Source: a virus
Taxonomy: Duplodnaviria > Caudoviricetes
DNA length: 64,000 bases
IMG/VR virus record: IMGVR_UViG_3300020576_005257
Span: 1-64,000 of that record
Direction: 5' to 3' (one strand)
Below the pieces are notes generated by a model that made no database searches, was not told where the DNA came from, and worked only from the letters and a program-made list of their open reading frames with translations. The translations under genes and the position numbers were made by a program. Below are positions 49,224 through 59,648 of the stretch, one piece after another. Position 1 is the stretch's first letter. Each line of letters starts with the position of its first letter.

Positions 49224-50587
49224 TCTACATTGGTGGGGAAATTGCTATCAAGAATTGTCCAACACATATTGCTCAGCAATTAAAGTTTCAAGCTACTTTA
49301 CCCAACCCTAAATACTATATGTGGGAAGCTAAAGCTTCCAAGAATAGTTGGTATAAAGATAATGTCTTACAACCTGAGAGAAACTATGTATACTGGAGGG
49401 AGAGTAAAGGTAATTTATATTTACCCAGAGGTATGTGGGATGCTGTTCTTTCTCTTTTACCAAATGCTAAAATTGTATCTTTACTAGTAGACCCCAAACC
49501 AGTTTCTCCCTTCCAGTTTAATGGTAAGTCATGGTATGGTCAAGCAGAAGCAGTAGACTCTGCATTACAACATAATTTTGGTTATGTACTAGGTCCTACT
49601 GGAAGTGGTAAAACATCTATAGGAATCCAAATTGCATGTAAACTTGGTTTAACTACTTTATTTATGGTTCATACTGATGCTTTATTACAGCAAGCTTATG
49701 AAAGAGTAGAAAAGTTTACTGGGTATACTCCTGGTTTAATAGGTGGTGGTAACTGGAATGTTAAAGATTTTACTATTGGTACCTTTCAAACCATATATAA
49801 AAAAGATTGTAGTTCTATTAAGAACAGCTTTGGCTTGGTAATTGCTGATGAATTTCATCATATGCAAGCTGAAACCTTTTTTGCAGCCGTTAGAAAGTTT
49901 AACTCTTTACATGCTTATGGTTTAACAGCTACTGATACTGGTAAGATGAAGTATATCAACTTGGCTCTTGGTCAGAAAGTAGCTGAAGTTGATAGAAAAG
50001 GTTTAGTTGAAGCTAAAACTATTTTGGAGGCTGAAGTATATGTAATCAAAACAGGATATAAAACTAAAAAAGAATATGAGAACTACGATCTTGCAAAGTT
50101 ATATACTGAGTTAGCTTCCTCTCCCAAAAGAAATAGTTTTGTTCTTGATCTTATAAAGAGCATACAGCCTGGAAGAAGAACTGTTATTGCTTCTCATAGA
50201 ATTGATCAACTGGATTGGTTTTATGAGCAATTAAAAGAATTTAATCCTGTATTATATCATGGAAAATTAAAAACCAAACAAAAAAAAATCTCTTTTGATA
50301 GAATGCAGAATGATGATGATAATCGTATAGTTCTAACTACTGTTCAGATTATTCAAGAAGGTTTTGATGCCCCCCATTGGGATCAATTAGTTATGGCTAC
50401 TCCTATTGGTGGGAGAGATGGCGTAGAACAACTTATTGGTAGAGTTGTTAGGAAGTCAGAAGGTAAGATGACTCCAAGAGTATTTGATCTGTTAGATAAT
50501 TCAATCTTAACAGAAACATGGCTTAACAATAGACTAAATAGATACGAGAAACTAAATGCAAAAGTCCACTTCGACAAAACGTTTTGA
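49211..50587 (+). CDS. SF2 DExH helicase (UvsW/ResIII-like)
   Basis: GPTGSGKT, DEFHH, GLTAT, EGFDAP, QLIGRVVR. Confidence 0.92.
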   Translation: METIIYIGGEIAIKNCPTHIAQQLKFQATLPNPKYYMWEAKASKNSWYKDNVLQPERNYVYWRESKGNLYLPRGMWDAVLSLLPNAKIVSLLVDPKPVSPFQFNGKSWYGQAEAVDSALQHNFGYVLGPTGSGKTSIGIQIACKLGLTTLFMVHTDALLQQAYERVEKFTGYTPGLIGGGNWNVKDFTIGTFQTIYKKDCSSIKNSFGLVIADEFHHMQAETFFAAVRKFNSLHAYGLTATDTGKMKYINLALGQKVAEVDRKGLVEAKTILEAEVYVIKTGYKTKKEYENYDLAKLYTELASSPKRNSFVLDLIKSIQPGRRTVIASHRIDQLDWFYEQLKEFNPVLYHGKLKTKQKKISFDRMQNDDDNRIVLTTVQIIQEGFDAPHWDQLVMATPIGGRDGVEQLIGRVVRKSEGKMTPRVFDLLDNSILTETWLNNRLNRYEKLNAKVHFDKTF

Positions 50588-51815
50588 ACCACTAACTTCT
50601 ATCCGTAGAATCAAGGATTATGAATTGCCTAAAACAATTCAACTTGCTGGGGAGGATACACCTATTCCAAAAAGACTTAGAAGAAAAGACATTTCTTATA
50701 CCTATATCACTGGTCCTGATGGAGCTGTTAAGCTTACTAGAACCTGTTGGATTACTCAGTCTTTATCTCATCTACTTAACGCTCAACGATTTAATGTTGA
50801 TGGCGAATTGTATGATAAAGAGAATCCTCATGGTTCCTTGACAACTTATGTTAATGAATTAATTCTAGCTAAAGAATGTGCTTTATCAACTATTGCTAGA
50901 ATGATTAAAGATGATGTTCTTAAAGACAAGAAAGGCCCAGGATTCATGGCTTTTGTACAATCTAATGAGAACGTTCCTGTAGGAAGTATTTTAATTACAG
51001 AAAGAACTTTACGGACTTTTCTAGTTCCACACAACAAAAATTGGAAGGATGCAAGTAAGGTCATCGTTACTAGGTTTCCCAACTTAGGTCCTAATACTAC
51101 AATTGAACTTAATTTATTAGTTCAAAAAGCTCCTAACAATTCCTATAAAGAGAATGCTTTAACTGAGCAATTAAAAGTGTTCTTGGATGAGAATATCGGT
51201 GTTCTTGAAGATGCAGAAGATTTAATGGATCCAGTATTCATTCACCCAGACATTTTGAAAGATTGTTTACAGGGTGATGGAGACGGAGATACTGTTTATT
51301 CTGTTATTTCAGAACAGAATGGAGTAAATTTTACTGACCTATCTCTTCTTAGAAATCCTGGCGAAGATCAGTTATTTGAAGATGAAATTGAGAAAGCTTT
51401 ACAAAAAGCTTCCAGATATGACGGTAAAACTATTTCTAATTATTTACCTCAACTATTTGATCAGTCTCCTATTGGTCCAGCCACCTATGCCATTAGAATG
51501 CAGGTTCACCAATTAGCTAAATCTCTTAAAGGAACTTGTGATCACCCAATGCATGAAGCTTGGAAACAGGTTGCTCCTTGGGCTATTGAGTTGATTGAGT
51601 TTGTTATGGATATTCGCAAAGGAGATTATACTACTGAGCAAATCCAAGATAATTTAAACCAAATTTCTGCGTGGAGTATAGCAATTAAAAAGGCTAAAGA
51701 AGATGGTTGTTGGTTTGCTAAAACTGTAACTACTAGTGATATTGGTTCCATAGAAGATTTTATAGAAACATTCCCAACACTTCAAGACTATGCAGATACC
51801 ATTTATGTTCAATGA
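50556..51815 (+). CDS. divergent RNA polymerase beta-prime-like catalytic subunit
   Basis: VIVTRFPNL (RxP motif) and IHPDILKDCLQGDGDGDTV (DxDGD metal site). Confidence 0.72.
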   Translation: MQKSTSTKRFEPLTSIRRIKDYELPKTIQLAGEDTPIPKRLRRKDISYTYITGPDGAVKLTRTCWITQSLSHLLNAQRFNVDGELYDKENPHGSLTTYVNELILAKECALSTIARMIKDDVLKDKKGPGFMAFVQSNENVPVGSILITERTLRTFLVPHNKNWKDASKVIVTRFPNLGPNTTIELNLLVQKAPNNSYKENALTEQLKVFLDENIGVLEDAEDLMDPVFIHPDILKDCLQGDGDGDTVYSVISEQNGVNFTDLSLLRNPGEDQLFEDEIEKALQKASRYDGKTISNYLPQLFDQSPIGPATYAIRMQVHQLAKSLKGTCDHPMHEAWKQVAPWAIELIEFVMDIRKGDYTTEQIQDNLNQISAWSIAIKKAKEDGCWFAKTVTTSDIGSIEDFIETFPTLQDYADTIYVQ

Positions 51816-52045
51816 AACATTTCATTAGCTCGTCATCCAAACCTAATTGTGCTTGTGGTAAAGAAGAACTTAATATATTTAGTTCTGAAGCTAGTCCTAT
51901 AGGGCTTTCAAATGATCTAGTTGATTTAAAGGAAGGATTTGATCCTTTCATTGTTAAATCTTTTTGTTCATGTGCTACAATACATACCTTCAAAGTTTTT
52001 GAAGGCAAGGAAAATCTCACTCCAATCTTCGTTAAACAACCATGA
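51812..52045 (+). CDS. small Zn-ribbon protein between RNAP subunits
   Basis: CACG...CSCA; overlaps both neighbours (ATGA). Confidence 0.6.
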   Translation: MKHFISSSSKPNCACGKEELNIFSSEASPIGLSNDLVDLKEGFDPFIVKSFCSCATIHTFKVFEGKENLTPIFVKQP

Positions 52046-53472
52046 GCGAACTCTTCAAAGTTAATTGTTCTCCGTATCTAGGCAGTGTTGAACAGCTGTC
52101 TCCTGAAATTGTTACTCTTTTATCTACCAGAGGAGATGTACAAGTTGCATCTTCTCCTAAAATAGTAACACCTATTCTTACTTATGACGAAGATGGGGAT
52201 TTTACATTTACAAAGGCTAGTACTATTGTAAGTAAAGCAATCCCAGAAAATAAGTATTACTCAGGATCTAAGGAATATTCTCCTGAACGGATTGCTGATG
52301 TAATTTACTCTAGAACACAAAAGAATCTAGAATCTTATCCTTTTCTACCTACCTACAAAAATGGAGATAAAACATCTTATCATCCATTAGCTCTTTTAAA
52401 TTATTACGATTTAGTCCGGTTACAACCAAGCCCCGAACTTGCTACTAGACTTATGAGAGAAGATTTCAATGGTCAAGGTAAACTAAAGGCTAGTAGTTTA
52501 GACAAGTTAAACCAAAGATTTTTTCACTTTTTTAAGAAAGAACTGGATCTTTATTCAGTTCCAAAAAGAGAAATTGGTACTTTCTGTAATATAGCTTATA
52601 CAGGAAACTTCAATCGACTAGCCTGGCATCTTGGTTTTGGAATGGCAAACTGCATTCCAAGAGATAGAATTGCTAGAGAGGCAAGTAGTCTTAAATCTGC
52701 TGAACGATTTCTAAATCCAGTTGAAGTACCTTTTGGTGATTTTCCTAAATTCTGTGGTCCATATATTACTATGCTTCGTGTAGCTTTTATAGCTACTGAA
52801 ACAAGTATGCTTGACTCAGGAGATCTCATGCCAAGTGCTTTTCCTAGAATTGCTTGTAAGCTATCCAAAATTCACAAAATTAAGGATCTAAAAGCTGCAC
52901 AAGAACAGTTTGGTTCCTTAAATATATCTAAACAAGCATCTAGAGCTGGTATTGAGTTGACTCATGATATTCTGGAAGAGTATGACGAAACTCATTTGCA
53001 TCCTGGTGCTATAAGATTTGTATTTCCAGGTGGTCTTAAAGTTAATACTCACTGCTTAGATACTAAAATCCAAGCTTATACTAATGATCAAGAAGAAGTT
53101 GACTTGTTGCTTGATATTAGAAGTATTACTTCTAAAGGTGCTGCTGTACTTTTAGCTATGCAGGATCCAAGATTTGCTGGAAAAGATATGAATTTTGAGG
53201 AGTTACGTCAAGTTATTCCTCAACTCAAAAAACAACAAGTTAGGGTAGGTGCTATGAAGTACTCTGCCTACGTTGGCTGGTTACCAGTGATGAGACCTGG
53301 CCAACGCTATACTGATTTTAGCAAGCCTACTAATGACATTCCAAATGACATTATTGCTAAAGCTATTATGAAACAACGATTTGACATCCCAGAAGAGCTT
53401 GAAAAGCACTATGCTGAGATGGTTCAATATGTCTCCTCCCTTACGAGTGAAATCAATGCTATCCAAAGTTAA
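52042..53472 (+). CDS. divergent RNA polymerase beta-like subunit
   Basis: LRVAFI..SMLDS, IRFVFPGGLKV (R...K eight residues apart like the two beta catalytic lysines), VDLLLDIRSITSKG. Confidence 0.6.
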   Translation: MSELFKVNCSPYLGSVEQLSPEIVTLLSTRGDVQVASSPKIVTPILTYDEDGDFTFTKASTIVSKAIPENKYYSGSKEYSPERIADVIYSRTQKNLESYPFLPTYKNGDKTSYHPLALLNYYDLVRLQPSPELATRLMREDFNGQGKLKASSLDKLNQRFFHFFKKELDLYSVPKREIGTFCNIAYTGNFNRLAWHLGFGMANCIPRDRIAREASSLKSAERFLNPVEVPFGDFPKFCGPYITMLRVAFIATETSMLDSGDLMPSAFPRIACKLSKIHKIKDLKAAQEQFGSLNISKQASRAGIELTHDILEEYDETHLHPGAIRFVFPGGLKVNTHCLDTKIQAYTNDQEEVDLLLDIRSITSKGAAVLLAMQDPRFAGKDMNFEELRQVIPQLKKQQVRVGAMKYSAYVGWLPVMRPGQRYTDFSKPTNDIPNDIIAKAIMKQRFDIPEELEKHYAEMVQYVSSLTSEINAIQS

Positions 53473-54661
53473 CGTTACCACTGCTCTTCGTCTTGCCCAA
53501 CGGTGCTATAATCTTCAACAACTAACGGGTGAAAGATATGTTCTTAACTTGTTAGGCCCTGCTGGACAAGGAAAAACTGCACTTAATAATGATCATAGAG
53601 ATCATTTGGCTAATTTATTAGTAAATCGTACAGTTGCTTTGAAGTCTTATAGACTTAATCAATCAGATCCTACCGATCTTAAGGGAGTTCCTATGTATCA
53701 TGAAAATGAAGATGGACTCAAAACTTGTGAATGGGCAGTTCCTCAAATCTTTCCAGTTATTGGTTCTCCTCATTCTGGAAAGGCTGACTTTACTTTATTC
53801 TTATTTGATGAGTTTAATCAAGCTGCACAATCTATGCAGAACTTGGCTGCTAATGTTATTGATCAAGTAGTCGGAGATCAGACTCTTGATTATACACGTT
53901 ACCAGATTATCCTTGCTGGAAATAGGACTGAGGATGGTGCTGCTGTTTATGCTTTGCCTACTAATTTGAAAACTCGTCTTATTACAGTACAACTTGAAAA
54001 TACTTTAGATGATTGGATTAAATGGGCCACTCAAAATAATATTCATCCTGGTATTATTGGTTATCTAAAGAATTTTAGTATAGCTTTCAATGATACTACT
54101 TCAACTTCTGAGTATTCATCCCATCCTAACCCTAGAACCTGGCATCGTCTTAGTAGTGATATTACTTTCCATGACGATTGGGCAGCTGATGAAGATTCAA
54201 GAATCATGGCTATAGGTCTTCTTGGTGAGAAGGTTGGCAGTGCTTTTTATTCCTTCTTCCAGAAGTTCTCAGCTGAGTTTTCTATTGACAAAATCATGGA
54301 ACAAGGTGGTAAAGTAGAGATGAATTACAAAGAACTTGAGTTTGTATATACTATTATAGTTGAACTAGCTTATAGGGTAACTAAAATTCTACAAACTGCT
54401 ATGGAAAGTTTGTCACCTGATGATAGAAAAGATAGTGAGGCTGTATCCTCAATATTAACTCATCAAGATTACCAACATATTCTTAATGTTTATGATTGGC
54501 TCCATTCAGCTGATTTTCCTAAACCAATTAAACTTCTTCTAGGCACCTTTATTAATCAAACTGAGTATAATATGCTTATGAGATTAATTAGATTAGATCC
54601 CAAACTTGACAAAGCTGGTATTCAATATTCAGAGATAACTAAGCAGCTTCATGCTATCTAA
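53456..54661 (+). CDS. MoxR-like AAA+ ATPase
   Basis: GPAGQGKT, DPTDLKGVP, FLFDEFNQA, ILAGNR, LKTR, NPRTW; start moved to ATG 53456. Confidence 0.88.
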   Translation: MLSKVNVTTALRLAQRCYNLQQLTGERYVLNLLGPAGQGKTALNNDHRDHLANLLVNRTVALKSYRLNQSDPTDLKGVPMYHENEDGLKTCEWAVPQIFPVIGSPHSGKADFTLFLFDEFNQAAQSMQNLAANVIDQVVGDQTLDYTRYQIILAGNRTEDGAAVYALPTNLKTRLITVQLENTLDDWIKWATQNNIHPGIIGYLKNFSIAFNDTTSTSEYSSHPNPRTWHRLSSDITFHDDWAADEDSRIMAIGLLGEKVGSAFYSFFQKFSAEFSIDKIMEQGGKVEMNYKELEFVYTIIVELAYRVTKILQTAMESLSPDDRKDSEAVSSILTHQDYQHILNVYDWLHSADFPKPIKLLLGTFINQTEYNMLMRLIRLDPKLDKAGIQYSEITKQLHAI

Positions 54662-54667
54662 AAAACA

Positions 54668-55882
54668 ATGATTCCTGAATTTCGAGCAGAAATAAACTAT
54701 CCAGAAGCTAAGCCTGAGTGGAAACAGGCTCTTCTGGATTGTGTTGAGACAGATTTGTCTCAACTTATTCGTAATGCCCCTTGGGTTAGTATGATTCTAG
54801 CCAACTTAGAAGTCATAGGTATTACTTCTAGACTAGCTAATATATCTGTTAGAAGGCTTTCTTTAAATTGTTGGCCTAAAGCTGAAGGAAATGAGGCAGG
54901 TACTTGTTACTATGAGTACCCAAAACCAGAGAGATATACTTTGTTAAATCACTTAGTAACTCACTTAGTTTTCAAACACACCTCTATCCCAGAAGGATTG
55001 GATGACGGTTTAGTAGTAATTAGTCAGGATGCTACTGTTAACAACGCCATTAAGAATAGTGCTAATTCAAAGCTAAGTAGCTTCCCAGGACATATAACAA
55101 CTAATAGTGCAGGAGATACGTTAATTATTGGTGAGTTTGAAATTAAAATTCCCCAAATTGATTCTTTAGATTGGAAGGAACTTTATAACATTCTTTTTGA
55201 CCATGGTCTTGATACTACTGGTTGGGAATCTGATATAGAAAATGATCCTAATATTCTCCCTGAAGAGATAGAGAAGTTTGAGGATAAGGTCATTTCTGTT
55301 CTAACTCAAATGGAAGACAAGATCCCCGATCCTTATAAGAGACATTTATGGAAAATGTTAACTCCTAAGGTTACTTGGGCTGACAAAATAAGAATGATTC
55401 TTAATAGTATTGTTGGTAGAACTGATTTCTCCTACAATCCTAATCCTAGAAAAATTCATATTGGTATTCTTCCAACTATCACTAAACCTGCTGGTGGTAC
55501 AGTGTTTCTTGCTTTTGATACTTCAGCTAGTATGAGCAGAGAAGAAATTGAACAGGGCATTGCAGAAGCTAGACAAATCCAAAAACAATTTGGCTGTGCT
55601 ATGGAAATCATAGTTTGTGATCAAGAAGTTACTAAGATACATAGCTTTGATGGTTCTTCTGAACTTGGTTGGGCAGACTTAGAAATGCCTGGTCAAAGAG
55701 GAACAAGTTTTGTTCCAGTGTTTGATTACATAGCTGAAACTAAAGGACCAGCACCATCAGTTCTGGTATACTGTACTGATCTGGAAGGACACTTTCCTGA
55801 TAAAGGACCCAGTTATCCAGTTATTTGGTTAACCAAGAATCAAAATCATCCAGTGCCATTTGGTAAAATAGTACTAGTCTAA
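54668..55882 (+). CDS. VWA-like domain protein (DUF2201-type partner of MoxR)
   Basis: DTSASMS MIDAS, RGTSFVPVF, YCTDLEG, YPVIW, PFG; N-terminal HExxH degenerate (NHLVTH). Confidence 0.85.
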   Translation: MIPEFRAEINYPEAKPEWKQALLDCVETDLSQLIRNAPWVSMILANLEVIGITSRLANISVRRLSLNCWPKAEGNEAGTCYYEYPKPERYTLLNHLVTHLVFKHTSIPEGLDDGLVVISQDATVNNAIKNSANSKLSSFPGHITTNSAGDTLIIGEFEIKIPQIDSLDWKELYNILFDHGLDTTGWESDIENDPNILPEEIEKFEDKVISVLTQMEDKIPDPYKRHLWKMLTPKVTWADKIRMILNSIVGRTDFSYNPNPRKIHIGILPTITKPAGGTVFLAFDTSASMSREEIEQGIAEARQIQKQFGCAMEIIVCDQEVTKIHSFDGSSELGWADLEMPGQRGTSFVPVFDYIAETKGPAPSVLVYCTDLEGHFPDKGPSYPVIWLTKNQNHPVPFGKIVLV

Positions 55883-56658
55883 TGTCCCATAAAAGACCTA
55901 AATATAATCCTAAAGCCCAGACTAAAGTTCCAACTTTAGGCTTCTATAGGAAGGTTCAAAACTATGAACAGAATCAGATTAAATCTGGTTCTGTTCTCAT
56001 AGACAGAGTTTTATCATTAAAGAAAGGGGAAAGTTTACTTATTAAGACTGAACCTTATTCTGGAGGGTCAGCTGTATGTTTTGAATATGCCAGCTATTTC
56101 ACTAAAAATTTTGACGGGTACTGTTTATACATAGACTGCAATGATTCCTTCTTACCTTCCAGAACTTCTGATATTGATTTAGAAAAACTTATCCATATTA
56201 GGCCTAATTCTTCTCAACAGGTAATTGATGTTATAAAGGAATTTGCTGTTTTAGATAAGGAGTTTCTTATTATCTTAGACAATCCTTTCTTATTAAAAGA
56301 TGGTCCAACTATTAGTAATTTTCTTGTTACTATTAGAAAGATTCTTCCACATTGTACTATTATAGCTACTGAAAGAATATTAAAGAAACATACAGATGTT
56401 TGGAATAAAGTTTGTACTTTAGGTTTTAAACAAAGACATTACGTAGAAAGAGATTTGATTGGTCATACTATATCTCTGAAAATAGGTTTAGAAGAAATAG
56501 TACATTACTTATCTTATAAGTATGGTAGATTATCAAAAGTTTATGAGCATATGATTTTGGATATTGAAGAAAACAATAAAACCAAAGGTGATGTTTTTGA
56601 ATTTGACGGCTATGTAGTTAGAGGTTTCTGGTCAATGTTGAAAACTATTGAGATGTAA
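55882..56658 (+). CDS. RecA-fold protein with degenerate Walker A
   Basis: IKSGSVLIDRVL, EPYSGGS (no Lys), CLYID, IILD. Confidence 0.6.
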   Translation: MSHKRPKYNPKAQTKVPTLGFYRKVQNYEQNQIKSGSVLIDRVLSLKKGESLLIKTEPYSGGSAVCFEYASYFTKNFDGYCLYIDCNDSFLPSRTSDIDLEKLIHIRPNSSQQVIDVIKEFAVLDKEFLIILDNPFLLKDGPTISNFLVTIRKILPHCTIIATERILKKHTDVWNKVCTLGFKQRHYVERDLIGHTISLKIGLEEIVHYLSYKYGRLSKVYEHMILDIEENNKTKGDVFEFDGYVVRGFWSMLKTIEM

Positions 56659-56660
56659 TT

Positions 56661-57833
56661 ATGGGCGATTTCTTTGTTTGCCATTGTGGTTTTTGTAAAT
56701 TACCAGTTACTAAAGAAGAAGGTTTAGTAATTACCGATCCTGACAATTATAAATACCGTGGTGTACTTTTCCACAAACAATGTTTGTATTTTATAGAACA
56801 TCCGCCAACTTTTGGTGTGCTTTATGTTTTACAAAACTCTAGACTTTCATCTTATGACCTAAACAGAAATGCATTAGAATGGTATAATAAGAATAATATG
56901 TCTAACGTTTATTTGGAAATTAGTTAATTATGAATTATCAGCCTTTTGACTTTACCCACTTACAATCTAGCTTTTCAAAAATTCTAGAATTTAAAACCAG
57001 CAACTATAAGGGAGCCTCTTATTGTTCTGGTTGTAAAAAACCAATAGTAGATGAAGAGCCAACCCTAGATGAACGTGGGTATCATTTTCATGAGTGTTGT
57101 TTAGCTTACTCTAAAACTTTACCTCAACAAGACGATTCTGTATTTTGGGGATGTTTAGGAAGATTTACTTTTGCTGAAGCCTATGATTGGTATAAAGCTC
57201 ATCCTAAAATATATTTGAGGATTGAATAATTATGTGGGAAAACGTCTCTTCAATTACCAAAATTGCCGATCACGACTATACTTGTTACTGTTGTGGTACC
57301 CCAATATATCAAAACTTTGACTATGTTACCGTTACTGGGACTTATGATGGAGCTTTTATGTCGGTAAAATATCATACTCCTTGTCATAAGTACTTAGAAT
57401 GGTATGGTGTTATTATGCCACAAGAACATGGATTTAATTATCATTTTATTCTTAGTTGGTATAAAAAGATGCATCCACCTCCAACTTACTATTTGAGCAT
57501 TCAATAATTATGTGGCACCATTTAAAAACTAAACATCATAAAGCTAAGAAGCGACACACATGTTATGCTTGTGGTTCTCCTATAATGCCTAATGAGCTTT
57601 ACGCTTATATCACAGGTATAATTGATGGACATGAGTTTCAAGTAATGAAATTACATGGATGCTGTCACGAATATGCAAACTACATTGAGTGGAATGATGG
57701 TGAAGGTATTTACGAGTCTGATTGGAATTACAATTCTATAGAAGAATGGTATGATGAAGAGATGCGCCGAAAAGAACAATATAGAATTAATAAAATTAAA
57801 AGCCTAGGCGGAGTATATTTACAAATAACATAG
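56661..57833 (+). repeat. four tandem small Zn-finger paralogs (56661..56927, 56930..57229, 57232..57507, 57510..57833)
   Basis: CxxC..P[IV]...HxxC, WY, C-terminal YLxIx; joined by TAATTATG junctions. Confidence 0.8.
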
Positions 57834-57834
57834 T

Positions 57835-58320
57835 ATGGATACATTGAAATTTTTTAAGTTAAGAGAAGACGCAGTTATACCAGAGATTAAGACTGAAGGA
57901 TCTGTAGGGTATGATATTACTATCTTGGAATTTGCTAAGCAGCTTTCTCAGGATGTATTTTTATTTCATACAGGATTAGTTGCTATTGCTCCTAAAGGTT
58001 ATCATCTAGAATTAATACCTAGAAGTTCTATTAGCAAAACTGATTGGAGCCTTGCTAATTCAGTTGGAGTAATTGATCAAGATTATCGTGGAGAAATTTT
58101 GGTGGCTTTAAGGTATAATGGAGAGTATTCGTATACTGGCGAACAAGTAGGCATGGAAGTAAAATTTGGAATTGAGTTAGATAAACTACTCAAACCTCTT
58201 GATATGCCTAATAGAATAGCTCAGCTTATTCTTAGAACAACTCATGTACCACCTGTTGAAGAGATTTTTAGTCTTGATGAAACTGAGAGGGGAGATGGTG
58301 GTTTTGGGAGCACCAATTAA
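57835..58320 (+). CDS. dut: trimeric dUTPase
   Basis: GSVGYDI, PRSS, GVIDQDYRGEI, RIAQL, RGDGGFGST. Confidence 0.95.
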   Translation: MDTLKFFKLREDAVIPEIKTEGSVGYDITILEFAKQLSQDVFLFHTGLVAIAPKGYHLELIPRSSISKTDWSLANSVGVIDQDYRGEILVALRYNGEYSYTGEQVGMEVKFGIELDKLLKPLDMPNRIAQLILRTTHVPPVEEIFSLDETERGDGGFGSTN

Positions 58321-58322
58321 AA

Positions 58323-58817
58323 ATGAATATTATAGAAATTAAATTTGCTAGTCCTATTAATAGGCTACCTGGAGGAGAGGTCACAGTTCAACTTGAAGTA
58401 GTATTTGAGAATGATGCTGTTTGTTGTGGTTTTGCTAATGCTGCTTCTGCTACCAATGAAGATATTAGTACTGCTATTGATGAGGCTATTACTGATGCCA
58501 TTAGTAGGGCTACTAAACAGGGCCTATTCTCTACAGACAGCTCTGATACAGTGTTAGCTGATGTAATTGCCACTACCCTTGCTCCACAAGCTGAGAAGGG
58601 CTATAAAACAAGAAAGGAAGACGGTGCAATTACTGAAGAAGAGTTTAAGCAACTTTATGAGCCAGCTGATCATCATAAACAAAAAGACCTTGACAATCTA
58701 TGTGATGGGTTAGGTATAACTAGAATTGATGCAAAAGAGAGAGGGTGGAATATGCTTGAAGCTATTTCTGTTATCTCAGCTCTTGGTAAATATGCTAAGA
58801 GATTAGAATCAAAATGA
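58323..58817 (+). CDS. hypothetical protein
   Basis: 164-aa ORF in replication module. Confidence 0.6.
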   Translation: MNIIEIKFASPINRLPGGEVTVQLEVVFENDAVCCGFANAASATNEDISTAIDEAITDAISRATKQGLFSTDSSDTVLADVIATTLAPQAEKGYKTRKEDGAITEEEFKQLYEPADHHKQKDLDNLCDGLGITRIDAKERGWNMLEAISVISALGKYAKRLESK

Positions 58818-59149
58818 CTTGTGTAATTATTGGAGAAGTAATAAGTTTCAAAGGTAATACTATTCTGATTAAAGATAGTATTACCGGAGAAATTCATGAT
58901 ACTACTTCTCATGATGATGAGACTTTTGAATTGGAAGAAGGAGCTACTGGTATATTTATAGGTACCTTTGAAAAAGGTATTCCTGTTATTAATAAATATG
59001 AACTTAAGAAATTCCTTGATCCAATGTATGAAGATGATTTAATGGAAATTTCTGGTAAAATTATTGTTGAACTTGTTAATGATCCATTTCCTAAAATCTT
59101 TGCTGATAAGGAAGTACAACAAACTATTATTGATGCAAGTATTCAATAA
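58814..59149 (+). CDS. hypothetical protein, OB-fold-like
   Basis: IIGEVIS...LIKDSITGEI...GIFIG. Confidence 0.45.
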   Translation: MTCVIIGEVISFKGNTILIKDSITGEIHDTTSHDDETFELEEGATGIFIGTFEKGIPVINKYELKKFLDPMYEDDLMEISGKIIVELVNDPFPKIFADKEVQQTIIDASIQ

Positions 59150-59174
59150 AATTTTTTTTATCTAATTTAGACTT

Positions 59175-59621
59175 ATGGCTACAGAATCGGTTGACTTGAA
59201 AACGGATCTACTTCCGTTTGTAAAAGAGAAAAAATATCATAGAGCTTTATTTGATGGGGGTATTTTTAATAGAACAGAAAAAAAGACTTTTACTATCTTA
59301 GATTTCTGGAGACATTATATAATTGCTACTATTGGTTCAAGAGAAGCTGCTGGAAGGATGGGAGACTATACTAAACAGGATAGACTAGCCCTCATAGAAA
59401 GCATAATAGGAGAACAGAGGCCTTTAAGAAAATTAGAAGCTGAATATATTTATAAAATTGTTAAGAAGCATGGCTTACAAATAGTTCTGTTTGCAGTTGA
59501 TGAGATTTCTTTAGGTGAGCAAGAGCAATCTGGTTTACCAAGACTTGATGTTATATTGGACTTTATTAAAAGTGGTAGTGTCTATCTACACAAACTTTTG
59601 AGAGAAGATAAAGGACAATAA
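59175..59621 (+). CDS. hypothetical protein
   Basis: 148-aa ORF before helicase. Confidence 0.6.
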   Translation: MATESVDLKTDLLPFVKEKKYHRALFDGGIFNRTEKKTFTILDFWRHYIIATIGSREAAGRMGDYTKQDRLALIESIIGEQRPLRKLEAEYIYKIVKKHGLQIVLFAVDEISLGEQEQSGLPRLDVILDFIKSGSVYLHKLLREDKGQ

Positions 59622-59648
59622 TTTTTTGGAGTTGTGTAATTTTTAATA

